Source: Gnetum montanum (taxonomy: Eukaryota; Plantae; Gnetophyta). From it: a DNA stretch of 64,000 nt. Where the stretch lies: the NCBI GenBank assembly GCA_015680685.1, contig MNCI01003051.1, forward strand, positions 381,984 through 445,983, written 5' to 3'. Each line of letters starts with the position of its first letter. Position 1 is the stretch's first letter. This document shows positions 38,798 through 52,184 of the stretch, piece by piece. The notes beneath the pieces are model-generated. The model saw only the letters and a list, made by a program, of their open reading frames with translations. It had not been told where the DNA came from and made no database searches. Both the position numbers and the translations under genes were made by a program.

Positions 38798-41700
38798 GAA
38801 CATGACATGGCTATGCATGAGCAGATCTTCTCACCTTTGGTCCTCACAAGGACTTATGGCAACATTGAGCAATGCATTGACCCTCATTGCCTAGACCTCA
38901 GGCCTATAGCCTAAAATGAGTACATAGCATCTATAGACACACCACTAGACTAGCTCAACCATCTAGTTAAGGCTCTCAACCTAGAGGCAAGGGATGTCAC
39001 AGAGGACCCCCTTGTTGAGATCCCTGTGGCAACACATAATAGTGAGGCAAGAACACTAAAACTAAGTTCTTTTCTAGAACCCTAGCATGCTCAAGACATT
39101 GCTAAAGTACTTAACAATAACATCGAAGCATTTTCATGGTCATACAACGACATGCCAAGCCTAGATCCCTAGCTAGTCCAACATAACATCATCCTTGATC
39201 CCTGCATCAAACCAATTAAGTAGAAAGCACACAAGGTTAGACCTGAGGTGGTGTTGGTAGTCTATGATGAAATTACCAAGCTTTAAAAGGCTAGTTTCAT
39301 CTGAGTTGTTGACTATGTAGACTAGGTCTTCAACATCATGATTATGCCTAAGAAAAATGGAAGTATACACATTTTCATGGACTTTTAGGACCTACACGAG
39401 ACAATCATCAAAGATGACTTCCCACTACGCAGTCTCAAATAGCTAATCAATATCAGGGTTGGACATGCCTTGTTGTCCTTTGTGGATGGGTTCTCAAGCT
39501 ATAACCAAATTAGGATCAACCTTGAGCATTAGCTCAATATAATCTTCATGATCCCCTAGGGTACATTTTGCTACACAATGATGTCTTTTGGACTAAAGAA
39601 CGCAGGAGAAACATACCAACATGCAATGATGTACATTTTTAGTGATTACATGCTAAGTTTGCTCAATGAATCTATAGATGATATTACAGTTAAGTTCAAA
39701 GTGTCCCACAACCACCCAAATGACTTAGAATTAGTGCCTAAATGTTGCGTAAAACATGAGCTTAGGCTAAACCCCAAGAAGTGTGTTTTTTGCGTTAGAA
39801 TGGGTAGGATGCTCAACTTTGTAGTATTTGAAGCAAGTATACATGTGGATCCTAACAAGGTTAAGGCCATAACTAACTTGGCACCATCAGTTAACCTTAA
39901 GGAGCTACAAGGGTTGCAAGGTAAAATACAATTCATACATAGGTTTATCACCTAGTTAACCAACAAGCTATAACCAATGTAAAATTTTCTCAAGAAAGGA
40001 GCCACTTCAAATGGATAGCTTAGTTCCAGCAAGTGTTGTACAAGATTAAGCAAGAGCTAGCACAACTACCTTCAGTTCATCCTCCATAAGGAGATAAGCC
40101 TTTTTACATCTACCTTGCCACTTCTGACACGTCCATCACTTCTCTACTTTGCCAAAAGCAAGATGACAACATAGAGGTCCCAGTTTACTACCTAAGCCAT
40201 GTATTAGTAGCCCATGAAACGAGATACAACAATGTGGAAATGTATTGTCTTTCCATGGTCTTCTCACTAAAGAAGTGGAGGCATTACCTCTTCCACAGCT
40301 AGGTTAACATCATTTAGAAGAACAATGTACTCTGAGCTATAACAATGAATGTCTATGAAAGCAATTGCATTGCATAGTGGAAAGCAATAATAGCAAAGTT
40401 TGACCTACATTATATCATGCAATAATAAAATGTCAAGCTATAGCCACACAACTCATGGCTTCATGAGTAGATGATCAAGCTACCATAGACCCTGAGTTCT
40501 CAGATGAGTATGTTAGCAATATTAGCCAAGTGCCCAATAACTATGAGGCACTCTTGCATTTTGATGGAGCTTCAACCTCTTAAGGGGGAGCGTTGTTGCT
40601 ATTATCACATTTCCCTCCAAGGAGATCCAACCATTCACATATAATTTTGCATTTCCTTGCACCAACAATGTGGTGGAGTATGAAGGTCTTCTTCGAGGCA
40701 TCCTTGTAGCATGCAACCTAGGGATCCAACGCATAGTGATCTGAGGTGATTCACAACTAGTGATCAATCAGGTAATAGAGGTTTATGCTTGCAAAGCATA
40801 ACATTTATAACCTTACTATGACCTAGAAAAACGCGTGCTCCAACACTTTGCAACTGCTAATGTCCAACATGTTCCCTAAAGTGAAAATTCCATTGCAAAC
40901 ATACTTGCAACATTATCCCTTAGCATAGCACCTAGCATGTTCAATGCATTACCCAGCTTGATGGCAAATTGCACTACACCTATCACACAAACCATTGAAG
41001 ATCCATCCATAGCCATAGTTAACACCACCCACGTAAAAGAGTGGTACGACAACATCAAGGCTTACCTTCTACAAGGTGAGCCTCCTTAACACTTAATTAC
41101 TACTCAAAAGGACATAGTACGCAAAAATTTATGGTAGTACCTCATCATAGGTGATAACATGTTATGTCACAAATCCCATGATGGCATACTACTAACCTAC
41201 ATAAGCAAAAATGAAGCAAAAGCAATCATTGAGCAAGTCCACGAAGGACTATGTAGAGGTCACATAGAGCCTAGGGCAATGGTAGCAAAAATTAGACAGC
41301 TAGGCTACTATTGGCCTTACATAAAGAGAAATTTCATCTATAAAGTCAAAACATGTGACACTTGTTAATAGCATAGTAACTTAATGCACATGCCACTAAC
41401 TGAATTACATATAACACAAATCATGTGATCATTCCAATGCAAGATCTTAGACATCATTGGACCCATAATGCCTAAGTCCTTCACAAGGCATAGCTTCATA
41501 ATAATTACAACAGAATATTTTACCAAGTGGGTTGAAGGTATTCCTTTTAGGAAGATGACATTGCAACAGGTTTACAAGTTTGTGTCAGACAACATATAAC
41601 CCGTTTCAGCTTACCCATGACCATAGTGACAGATAATGAACCACAGTTTAGTAGCATCGAAACCAAAGCCTTTTGTGAGCACTTTGGCATAAAACACTCC

Positions 41701-42277
41701 TTTTCATCACCATACTACCCTTTGGCAAATGGCCAAGTGGAGGCTACCAAGAAGGTCATCATCAACCTCCTCAAGAAGATGCTAAGTAACAATAAATGAT
41801 GGCATGAGCAACTAGTCTATGCACTTTGGGCCTACCACACGATGCATTGAACAACAACAAGTATGATGCATTATAGCTTCATCTATTGATCTAAAGTAGT
41901 TTTTCCACTTGAATTTCAAGTTCCATCACTTCAAGTAATCCCCTTAGACCTCATCAACGAAGGTCAAAACAATGAGTTGAGAATTGTAAACCTTAACTCA
42001 ATAGAGGAGAAGCACATGCATACGCTTCATCACATTGAATGGTATCAAGAAAGGTAACAAAAGAATAATCACAACCAACATCAATACCTAATTAGGAAAG
42101 GGAACCTATTCCTCAAGGCCATTCGTGAACCTATGGATAACTTCTCATCCAATTGGGAAAGGTCTTTCTTGGTCACTAAGGTCTATGATAATGGAGCATT
42201 TAAGCTTGCTGATCAAGATGAAAAAAAGTTTTCCAATCTAGTGAACCATTCACACTTAAAAGCTATACTATATCTAG
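38798..42277 (+). pseudogene. pol: pol of B: RT, RNase H, archaeal-type RNase H, integrase
   Basis: MSFGLKNAGETYQ...SIDD...LRLNPKKCVF; aRH CTNNVVEYEGLL...GDSQLVINQV; INT HEGLCRGH...GYYWP, IVTDNEPQF...PLANGQVEA. Confidence 0.95.
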
Positions 42278-42324
42278 CATGCAACATTGCACATCAATGA
42301 ACTAAGGTGAGCACTCGTCCACTA

Positions 42325-42640
42325 CAATGTTAAACTAGCATAGACGTCTGCTATGACTATAAACTAGCACAGCTCATCCTTGGGTCACGATGTTAAACTA
42401 GCACAACACATCCACTAAGACTATAAACTAGCAGTCCATCATGGATTTAAATTAGTAGTCCACCATGACTCTAAAGTGGCACAACACTTTCACTAAGACA
42501 TTAAACTAGTACAAAGCAAGTTGCTAGGACTATAAACAAGCATAATACAGTTTTCCAAGACCTTAAACTAGGCCTAAAAATCTGCTAGAATCTTAAACTA
42601 GTAAATCCATGGTCTACTAAGACCTTAAATTAGGTTTTTG
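42325..42640 (+). repeat. Degenerate ~30-bp tandem array in the 3'UTR of B
   Basis: Repeated gactataaactagcac / ccttaaactag cores. Confidence 0.8.
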
Positions 42641-43757
42641 GTTAGTTGTTAATACCTTTTTCCATCCTTCTGCAAGCAAGCATACTACAACTCTCCTTCT
42701 ACACCAAGTGAGCAAGCACACTACAGTTCTAGAATAAAGCACTTGCAATCTACACAACCTGTGTCACTGATGTGGCCTTCTACATTCTATCATCTATAGT
42801 CTATTTGCATTTATGTATTGTGTGGTTTTCTTGTCTTCTTGGAGTTATGTTTACAAGACGAAGCCCTAGGCAATCATACAAAGGTGCACCTCATTGCAAA
42901 AATAAGTCATCACATTGCTCTAATGTTCATGATTGGACTAGCTAAACCTCTCAAGAGTTTATATCCCTATTATCCCATTAGAACCTACTCACATCTACTC
43001 CTACATACTGATACCCTTTCATTACCTACATAGTAAAGATTGCAAGCCTTTTTGACACTCACGTGTTGTGACCACATGACACCCTCTTCAAATCAAGCTT
43101 TAAAGCCTAAGGTAGACATAACATGAATTGTCTCATAGGGAGCCTCTATCAATCGATCAAAGCCTAGGTGAATGTAACATAAGTCATTCCAAGGAGGAAA
43201 CACCTATTGTACAGACGTGATGTAGTTTCGCCAACAACAAAGAAAAGCCTATTTAGTGACACACAACTTACTTGATGGAAAGCACTTCACAATAAGCATT
43301 TAGTAACATGAAAAGCCTAAAGAGGGTTCACCTTGCCCAAAAAAAGGGAGGGAAAAGCGGGAAAAGCACATCGCCAATCAATCCAGTAGCAAAGTAGTTC
43401 CACATCCAAACCAACCTTGAACCTACATGTTGACTCTCTCATAAGCACTTCAATGAGAGATCAACATTTTCAAGGGCAAGCCACTATGGTGCCATGGTCA
43501 CCACCAACCATGATGTCCTTACATCATAACATCTTGTTTGCACCTCATCTCCCCTTTTATCCCTAGCACATCACCTACACCTTTTACTTCCACTTTTCAC
43601 CTACCATCTAGCATATCATTATTCACAACACTCTTGAGCATGATGCAGTGACATCTGATCATGCATTGAAGAGTGTGCCAGGTTTACTATGGTATTTTGC
43701 TATTCTTTGTCGACATCTCCTGGGATACTCCTCTAGATGTCAACAAAGAGGGGCCAA

Positions 43758-45320
43758 TGAAACACCACTAAATCTGGACTATAGTGTCCCAATTACAAAT
43801 TTTGGCAAAAATTGGAAACTATGCTCAACCCCTTTGTAGAGCATAGAGAGCGTAGTCTCCCAGAGCATAGTCAATTGAAGGGAAAAATCTTGAAATTTTT
43901 CCTAAGCATTGAGACTACGCTCTTCCCCAAGCACACCATTCTACAGCATAGACAACGTAGTCATGGAAAGCGTTGTCAACAGAAGGCCAAGTTTTACAAA
44001 TTTTGTTGTGTCAAGACTATGCTCACCCAATTGGAAACATAGTCAGGCTCTTAAGGAGAGCATACTCTGCAAAAAATCCATTTTCCTCATAGACTTCGTT
44101 GGTAGTGAGATTATGCTCTCTCCCAACCTAGAGTGTAGTCACCTTTTAGAAGAGCATAGTTAGCAAGAACAATCTCCATCGACCTCCACAATGCAACAAC
44201 GATACTCATCTTAGCTCTAGAACATAGTTAACTCATGTTTGGCAAGTGTAGTCAGCAAAATGCTTCTTTGTTATATCTCCTTTTACTCCAAAATTGTAAC
44301 TACGCTTGATCCCACACAAGAGCATGGAGAGCATAGTCCTGTAGAGCATAGTCTTCAAGTGTCATTTTTTTAGGTACCTCATAGTTCTCTCGGTGCACAC
44401 ACATGTGGTTGGCAATGTAGTCACAATCTCATAGTCCCATGGAGTCCAATAGAGCACAAAAAAGAACAACACCATTAGCCCCATTGGTATATCACATGAA
44501 TAGTAACTACACTAAACGTAGTCCTAGTCATCCCATCTACCACATGGCAGCCATCTCACATTTCCTTCTAACCATAAACCTATAAATACCTATGTCCTCA
44601 ACATTTTCAAGGCAGAGAGAAAAATAAAGCGAGCCTTTTTTTAGTTTGGCAAGTTCAACAAGCAGTTAGCAAACAATCGAATAGGTAGACCACCAATAGA
44701 ATATCACATCTAGCAGTACACCATGATAGTTAACCCGAAAAATGCAGACACCTCAGTAGAACACTAGTCTTCATGGACAAACAACCCAAGGACTATGACT
44801 ACACTATCCACCTATGCCTTGTGTACACTACGTACCTTGTAAGCCTCCTTCTAGTGTTAACTACGCTCAACCTGATTTTGGGTGGTATTCTACTCCATTT
44901 TCTTTATTTCTTTGCATTTTCCATACTTTATTTGCATTTTTCACCATTTTTACAGCATAGACACACTTGAACTATGCTCAGTTAGTAGTCCTTATGCATT
45001 TACACTATCCACCTTGCTCCACCTTGCTAAAACTCTTGACTATGCTCACCCCCTTCAATGCCTATAACTATGCTCAATCCCACTAACACTGCAAACACCG
45101 CAAGTACCATAAACACCACTTGCATCCTTAGCACCATCTTGCATTAGCACCATAGATAACCATGTTGCACCCCCATTGTATTTGGCAAATCCTTGTTTGA
45201 TCAACCAAACTATCCAAGGTGCCCTACCTCCACCTCCAACAGGCCCTCACGTAGATTTGGGATTAGGCTATGTGCTCATGGACCTTGGTATTCTAGTCGT
45301 CGACATTTTTGGTTGTTAAA
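43758..45320 (+). repeat. 3' LTR of B
   Basis: Starts TGAAACACC after the PPT, aligns with 9374-10915, followed by TSD ATCAT. Confidence 0.9.
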
Positions 45321-46002
45321 ATCATGAGACTCATTCTTGCCTAAACCAGGATTGTTTATAATGAACTGTAAGTTCTATTTCAAGCACCCTTCATTAAAAC
45401 TAAGGAGAGGAGAGTTAGTGAAATGAGAACTCCCAGAGAAGGAATCCTCATGATCTTTTTGGCCAAGTAGAAATAAGGGGATATTGAACCATTTTTCCTT
45501 TGTAGATTCATAGAAATTCTCCTATTGCTGATTGATTTTACATTGTGCTTCAGTGGGATGGTAATCCCTAGAGTCATGATCTTGCACAATGTACTCAGCA
45601 TGGAGCCCCTTGATGCCCAACCTCATAAGAGTTTGTTGAAGCATTGTAAGAACTGATCAATCAAGTAGCAACATAATGTTATCCTCCATTTTTCTCCATA
45701 ATATCTGGTCATCTTGATGTAGGAAAAAGGTGAAATTGGACACATACTAATTAGGATGAGTATATACCACTCAACATTGTTGGGGCACTAACTAATTTGA
45801 TCGTTCATTCTTTTGATTGGATGTGTGCTCAAATTTTAGTGGAGAATCATCCTTGTGATAAGAAGACATTTTGGATTAAAAAGAAAAATTAGTGTGCTTT
45901 TTACTATTGTTATTAGTTAGAATAATTGCAACTTTAAGGCTCGATCCAACAATGTTGAATGATTATCACTAAGTTCTAGATAGCACATGAATCAAACTAA
46001 AG

Positions 46003-46020
46003 TCCTTGGCAATGATGCCA
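46003..46020 (-). promoter_or_regulatory. PBS of A (tRNA-Asp type)
   Basis: Minus TGGCATCATTGCCAAGGA, a CpG-decayed TGGCGCCGTTGCCGGGGA, adjacent to the LTR. Confidence 0.85.
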
Positions 46021-46021
46021 A

Positions 46022-46873
46022 TGATGAGCAACGAGTATACCCTATTTCCAACCATATCAATCACTAGCATTCACTCAGCGATTTGGTCGAATTTTGTACA
46101 CTTTTTTTCTAAGTATATTGGATCATAGGAGGCAAAACTAACTACTGCGATTGTTTTCTTTCTAGTTCCACTTGTGAAGCTCAAGGATATGATTAAGTGT
46201 AACTGAGGCATATGATTTTTATCATTTAAGTCACCTAAGAACAACAATAAGGAATAAAGAATGAATTAATCTAATATTTAGCTAATCTAATAACTAGCTA
46301 TCACTTAACTAATCCTAACATAAGCATCTGTTCCCACTTGTCGTACACATCTTGAACATGTATAGCACTATTGGGTTACCAAACGTTACACATTACTAGG
46401 ATTACAAAGTGTTAAATGTATGCTTGAAGTGGTCGTACTTATGTTCACTATTTAATCTATATTAATTAATTGATTACTTAATTACTTAAAAACATTAAAA
46501 GAAATTTCTTGAATATTAAATGGTTAAAGAAAATAATTATTCTATTCCAAGTGCTAAAAGGTTTGATTAGAAAGCTCATCATTATTGTTGCACACACTGA
46601 AGTGCTTAGGTACAATAGTGCTCAAATAAAGATCTATACACTCTTTGACTTCTACTATGGGCACTCAAAATATATTCTAACTTTTGAGTGGAAAATTTGT
46701 TAGAGCTTCACTACAACTATGAGACTTCTTGCCATAAATGTGGTGGGTAGGTGCACATTTATAAGCAAAATAGGGTTCCCCGTCAACAGGTACATGTCAA
46801 TAGGTCAAACCCTACATCAACAGGGTTACATCAACAGCATCTTGTCAATGTAGAAAAACCATGCGACTCATCA
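46022..46873 (-). repeat. 5' LTR of element A
   Basis: TG...CA termini, homology to 875-1686, flanked by PBS and TSD. Confidence 0.93.
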
Positions 46874-47636
46874 CTATTGTTTATGCTGTTATTAAAATTG
46901 CATTCTATATATTCTATCTTACTTCTACTAATTTGTAAGCCTTTTGAATCTAGACCATGTCTCCACTTCTTCCTTTTAGTAGCAATATTTTCTTGATTTG
47001 TGACCACCAATATAATATCATTTGCAAATAGCATATCCCAAGGAATTTTATGTTGTATTTATTTTGTTAATTTATCCATAATAATGGCAAGAAGTATGGG
47101 CTGAGTGCTGATCCTTGATGTAGACCTATTGTGACTAGAAAATCATATGTTATTCCACATGTTCTTCTAATTTTAGTGGTAGCTCCTTCATATATGTCTT
47201 GAATCACTTTAATATATTTATCATGGATGTTTTGTCTTTATAAGGCCTACCAAATAATTTTTTTGGCACTCTGTCATATGGTTTTTCTAAGTCAATAAAG
47301 ATCACACATAGATTTTTTCTGTGTTTTTTGAATTTTTGCAGCAATTGTCATATTAAAAAATAGCCATTATAGTAGATCTCCCCAGCATAAATCACAATTT
47401 ATTTTTTGATAGTATTGATTCAAGTTTGAGATGCTACTCTATGAATCTCTCCCAAAGCTTCATAATAGGGCATATTAGCTTGATCCCTCTATAGTTTGCA
47501 CAATTTTGAATGCCTCCTTTATTTTTGTAAATAGAAATAACAAAGCCTTTTCTCTAATTGTTGGACATTTCTTCATCCTTTAAAATTTTGTTAAATAATT
47601 ATGTTATCTAAGAAACTTCTATATCTCCTAATGACT
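46874..47636 (-). mobile_element. RTE-clade LINE, 5'-truncated RT part (same copy as 229-874)
   Basis: Minus translation IYKNKGGIQNCANYRGIKL...KLWER, DFLVTIGLHQGSAL, MLFANDIILV (degenerate FADD), LQISRSKIEYIECNF. Confidence 0.92.
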
Positions 47637-48420
47637 TGATGACAGGTCATGATGTGCCTCATAATTTATACTCTAGATAAGATAATTCACTACAAGTTAT
47701 GATGAAGGATCATGATGGTGCTAGAAATGCTTGATTTGGTGAAAGTGATTTTCATTGATTTTTAAAGTTTTATAATTAACATTTCAGTGGGACTTGATTA
47801 TTTATATTCACCTTGGTTTTTTCTACCTTCTAGATGGCTAAGATAATAAGAAGTCAATAAAATTTGATGTGAATGAATCAAATTGACAAATTTTTTTATT
47901 TAGCTTCTTGAAGTTGAAGATTGATGAAAAACTCATGTAAATCTTAAATGCCTTAAATTTTAAATGATGTTTAAACACAAAAGTGAAGCTAAGAATTGGT
48001 ACAAATAAATTGAACTAAATTTGGTACTTGAAGAATCAATTGTTATTTGAAATGATACTTTGATATAAAAAAGAAGTGTGATACATGAGAACAAATTTGG
48101 TACTTGTGTAGCAACCCTCTAATGTAAGTGTAGGCTAGAACAATATTACATGAGAGAGAAGTGTGATACATGAGAAAGAATTTGATACTTGTGTAATAAA
48201 AAAGATAGGATGTTAAGAAAAAGTAATAGATAAAGTAAGAGACATCTATATAATAGGAGCAAAGGGGAAAATAAGAAGAAAATTTAACATAAAAATATAA
48301 TTTTAATAGTTCCTCACATACAAAAAACCTAACAAGTTTACTAGGTAATAATAGTTTGGTTGTCCCTAATGCCTACGCTAAAAATATTCAGTAACTAAGA
48401 CATTATGTACTTATAGGAAT

Positions 48421-48570
48421 TGAGCAAAGTTCATTGACTAGTTGGTTAGCTTTCATAGGTTTGTACTCACAAGTGTTGGGTTCAAAACCTAGTTCTATCA
48501 CACCCTTTGCACTTATTGTGTTGCTAGCCTAGGGGCATGTCCTAGGTAGACCTAACCTTTTCCTCAAAAA
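48421..48570 (+). mobile_element. tRNA-derived SINE
   Basis: A-box TGACTAGTTGG, B-box GGTTCAAAACC, short A tail, 16-bp TSD ATGTACTTATA(G/A)GAAT. Confidence 0.85.
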
Positions 48571-48735
48571 ATGTACTTATAAGAATAAATTATAATATGT
48601 AAAAATTAAATATAGGTGTTGGAATTATATCATTCTAAAAGATATTTGAATAATAAATATGAAAATTAACATTTTTACTTATATCCACTAAGACACATTG
48701 GATCTATCGTCCAGTTCCAAAATTTCTTTGATAGA

Positions 48736-48823
48736 TTTTTTTTTTAATTTTTAACTCAATGCTACCTCTTGGAATTAAACTTATGGCTTAAGATTACCAA
48801 ACCAAAACTCTTATCACTAAGCT
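48736..48823 (-). mobile_element. Possible degenerate SINE
   Basis: Minus TAGCTTAGTG (A-box-like), AGTTTAATTCC (B-box-like), A tail. No TSD seen. Confidence 0.4.
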
Positions 48824-50906
48824 AATACTAATTAAATATATTAAATTTTAAACTTAAATTAAATAGAAAAATAAAGTTGAGCTTGCACCAAAGATAGACA
48901 AGTACAAAGTCCACATATGTTAACTAAAAGGGCATTACAACTACAAAAATACTATATGAACATTACAACTTAGAAATTACACAAATTCACAAACTTTAAC
49001 AAATACTAGAAATGCATAAATTCTAATCTTAAATCAATGTCTTCAACTACTCCTCTTCACTAATACTTATTTAACCTAAGAGGTAGAAATAAAGTGGAAA
49101 TTTAGTCCTAATGACTGAGAAGGGAAAATAAATTACAAGTACTCCCTTAAGGGTTTTGGAACCAAGCATAACATGGTTGGATAGCTATACATAGGGGTTG
49201 CTACATCCAAAACTATTAACACTAAAATATGTAAACATTAAATAACCAAATAAATCAACATGAATGGGTAAATACTAAAAATAAACTTCTATTACCATTT
49301 CCAAATCCTAGAATTTGTAGAGGCTATTACCAAACTATCAACATTAAAATGTCAAAAGTTAAGATGTGTACCCATTATGCAAAATAAGATTTTTTGAACC
49401 AAAATCGAAACAAAAAGGAATGTATTTGCATGACTAATTTATTTTTTCTTAAATATGACACCAAGGTTGGCCTAAATACTTTCTCATTTTCTATCATTTA
49501 CTAGTGTTAGAGTATACCATTGTAGAACATTGGTTAAAGGCCAATGTATCATGGAATTTACTACTCAAATAGCAAAGGATTGAAGAATGTCTCAAGATTC
49601 CTTTAAAACCAATCAAATAATCCCTCCATTCTAACTCTACTTAAACCAAATAGATACTTACCATGAGATGTCCCAAGCATAAGAGTCACCAAATAGAAAA
49701 CAAAAGATATTATTAACATAAATATTTAGAAAAATCAAAACTCAAGATGGTGGAAAAACTTAACTAATCATGTATTAAAGGTCCAAATCATATGATGTTG
49801 AGCTAATAATCGCATATGTCAATTTCCAAGTCCCAATGGATTATAGTTGATAATTCTTCTTATTTTTTCTCCAATTAATAGGAAACTACATTTTTTGTAT
49901 TGAAGTTTAGTGTATGAAGCTCTAATGGCTGAAGCAGTCCTTTTCTTCATTTGTTCCCCTATGTTGACAATTCTATATATTCTATATGGAATGTTGTGAT
50001 TAATAGTCAAGTCACAATGAAAGTTGTTATAGTTGTATGACCATAGGAAGGTGCCATTTATCTTGAACTAGCATGATAAAAAATTTTTCCCTTTCTATGC
50101 AAGTCATAAGAGGAATTTGGTTCAAAAAGTCTAAAATGAACTAGAAACCCTAGGTAATTGATCCAAAATATAGCAAAAATTAATAAAACCTAAAATATAT
50201 AAAAATAGAATAAATTCATGATAGAAACCCCATAATAATAGAATTATAGATCCACATCTAAATTATAGAAATATGCATTGCAGCATTTCACTTCATTGAA
50301 CACATGTCACAAAATCACAATTTGCATAAACCAAATAGATCTAAAATCCAAAAATGAGCATTGTAATAAATTTACCTACTTGGAAGTTAGCATTGTTAAT
50401 AGAAATCCTCATGTAAATTAGATCTTTTTAAAAAAATCTATTTCTAAGAAGAGGCAAAAGATCAATAATCAAATGTAAATAAGATCTAAAATGAAAACTT
50501 GGAAATGAAAGAACTTACGTAGACCTAGCAGGAAACACAAGCTTAGCTATGACTTATCTCCTATTCAACAAGGTCTTCCTCTCTGGTCCTACTTCCCAAA
50601 TGTCAATGAAGCAAATGAATAATTTCTTATGGAAGGATTACTAGGTATTTATATTTACAATGGCAGGCTAATGTTGAGTCAATGGTAATGCTAATAGATG
50701 ACTAGAAACCCAAAATACATGTAGTCTAATAATAAAATTAAAATATAAACTTTATAAAAAAAAGAGAGATATATTTCCAATAGTAATATAACGAGTACTT
50801 CTAGGTAATACCTGAAAAGTTGTATAAAGTTATGTTAACCAAGGTCCAAGATTTAAATCCAAATATAAACATCTAGAAGGAAATGTACTTGCTACCACTC
50901 AAAAAT

Positions 50907-52184
50907 ATAAAATTAACCAAATATCAAAAAATTATAAGAACATATCAAACATATAGTGACTAAAGTATATCACATGCCCAATGTAGAATTCCATGTGCCA
51001 ACGACCCATTCAATACTTAATACATTCTTACTCAAAACTCCAACAAAGGGTTTGTGCATATGTGCTTAAAATAGAATAATCAAAATATATAATTCAACAT
51101 CATATACAAGTAATTACATGGCACATATCTCAACCATGTAAATAAATCCAGATTATGAATCACAAACATTGCACACCATGGTACAAAATTTGATAGGCAG
51201 TTTTTAAGTTAGTAGTTAGAGTTATAAAACTTAAGTTCTTTTTACATCAGTTTCTCTATCAACCCTTCTCTCCCGTGTATGCCCATAGTGTGGTGATTGT
51301 AATTGTACGACATCCTTATTTGAGTGCGACGTACTTGGACATGCACATGATCGAAAATAAAGATCAAGATTACTTCATCATTGCAGCATTCACTTAGCTT
51401 AACTATTTATTTAATTGTTATTTACTGCTTTCTTAGTTAATATCTTCTTACCCTAAACTCCTGTTAGACGTGGAATGAGTACAACTTGATCATGAGCATT
51501 TAAGTGTGACTACTTGGTAACCTAGTAGTGTACCTAGGATCTACGCTTGGTAATCCTAATGGTAGTTGTGCACGAGGTCCAAGATGTGTATGGATGATTA
51601 AGAAACAGATACTCATCGTACTTAGGCTAGCATAGATTCCCTATCACCCTCTCTCTCTTAGCTTAGTTAATATTATTTTCCATTATCTTTAGGAGTCGCA
51701 TTAGTATAGGAACACATCATAGACCGCACTCTAGACTAAACCATACATGACAAAGTTAACACTAGTCTAGATGGGAAGATAGCGAACTTCGACCTAAGAA
51801 TAACTGTCTAGATACTACAACTAGTCCATCTATGGAGTTCGACTAGATCATACGTGAAATGCTCGTATTCATATGGTTGAGTGTAGGGGTACCTCACCAC
51901 TCATAAAATTAACCAATTATCAAACAATTATAAGAACATATCAAACATATAGTGACCAAAGTATATCACATGCCCAATGTAGAATTCCATGTGCCAACAA
52001 CCCATTCAATACTTAATACATTCTTACTCAAAACTCCAACAAAGGGTTTGTGCATATGTGCTTAAAATAGAATAATTAAAATATATAATTCAACATCATA
52101 TACAAGTAATTACATGGCACATATCTCAACCATGTAAATAAATCCAAAAGTGTGAATCATAAACATTGCACACCATGGTACAAA
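50907..52184. repeat. ~280-bp direct repeats (50907-51187 and 51903-52184) flanking a truncated LTR
   Basis: The two copies are near-identical with a few substitutions. Confidence 0.92.
51188..51904 (+). repeat. 5'-truncated solo Athila-type LTR (E-related), opposite orientation to E
   Basis: Its reverse complement matches the 62282 and 53920 LTRs (atgagtggtgaggtacccctacactcaaccatatg). Confidence 0.85.

Larger units (their letters stand above)
9374..45320 (+). mobile_element. Tat-clade (Ogre/Retand-related) Ty3/Gypsy LTR retrotransposon B
   Basis: LTR pair, TSD ATCAT (9369-9373 and 45321-45325), PBS TGGCACTAGAAGGAGG at 10921, PPT aaagaggggcc at ~43745, and domain order gag-PR...RT-RH-aRH-INT. 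Confidence 0.92.
875..46873 (-). mobile_element. Athila-like Ty3/Gypsy LTR retrotransposon A (non-autonomous, hosts nested insertions)
   Basis: Paired TGATGAG...CTC(A/C)TCA LTRs, TSD CTATT (870-874 and 46874-46878), tRNA-Asp-type PBS, PPT, and gag/PR/RNaseH/ORF2 remnants. Confidence 0.93.

Noticed and set aside
48421-48500. tRNA gene
   Set aside because: A and B boxes are present, but it has an unrelated 3' body, an A tail and a TSD, and no clear cloverleaf. It is a SINE.
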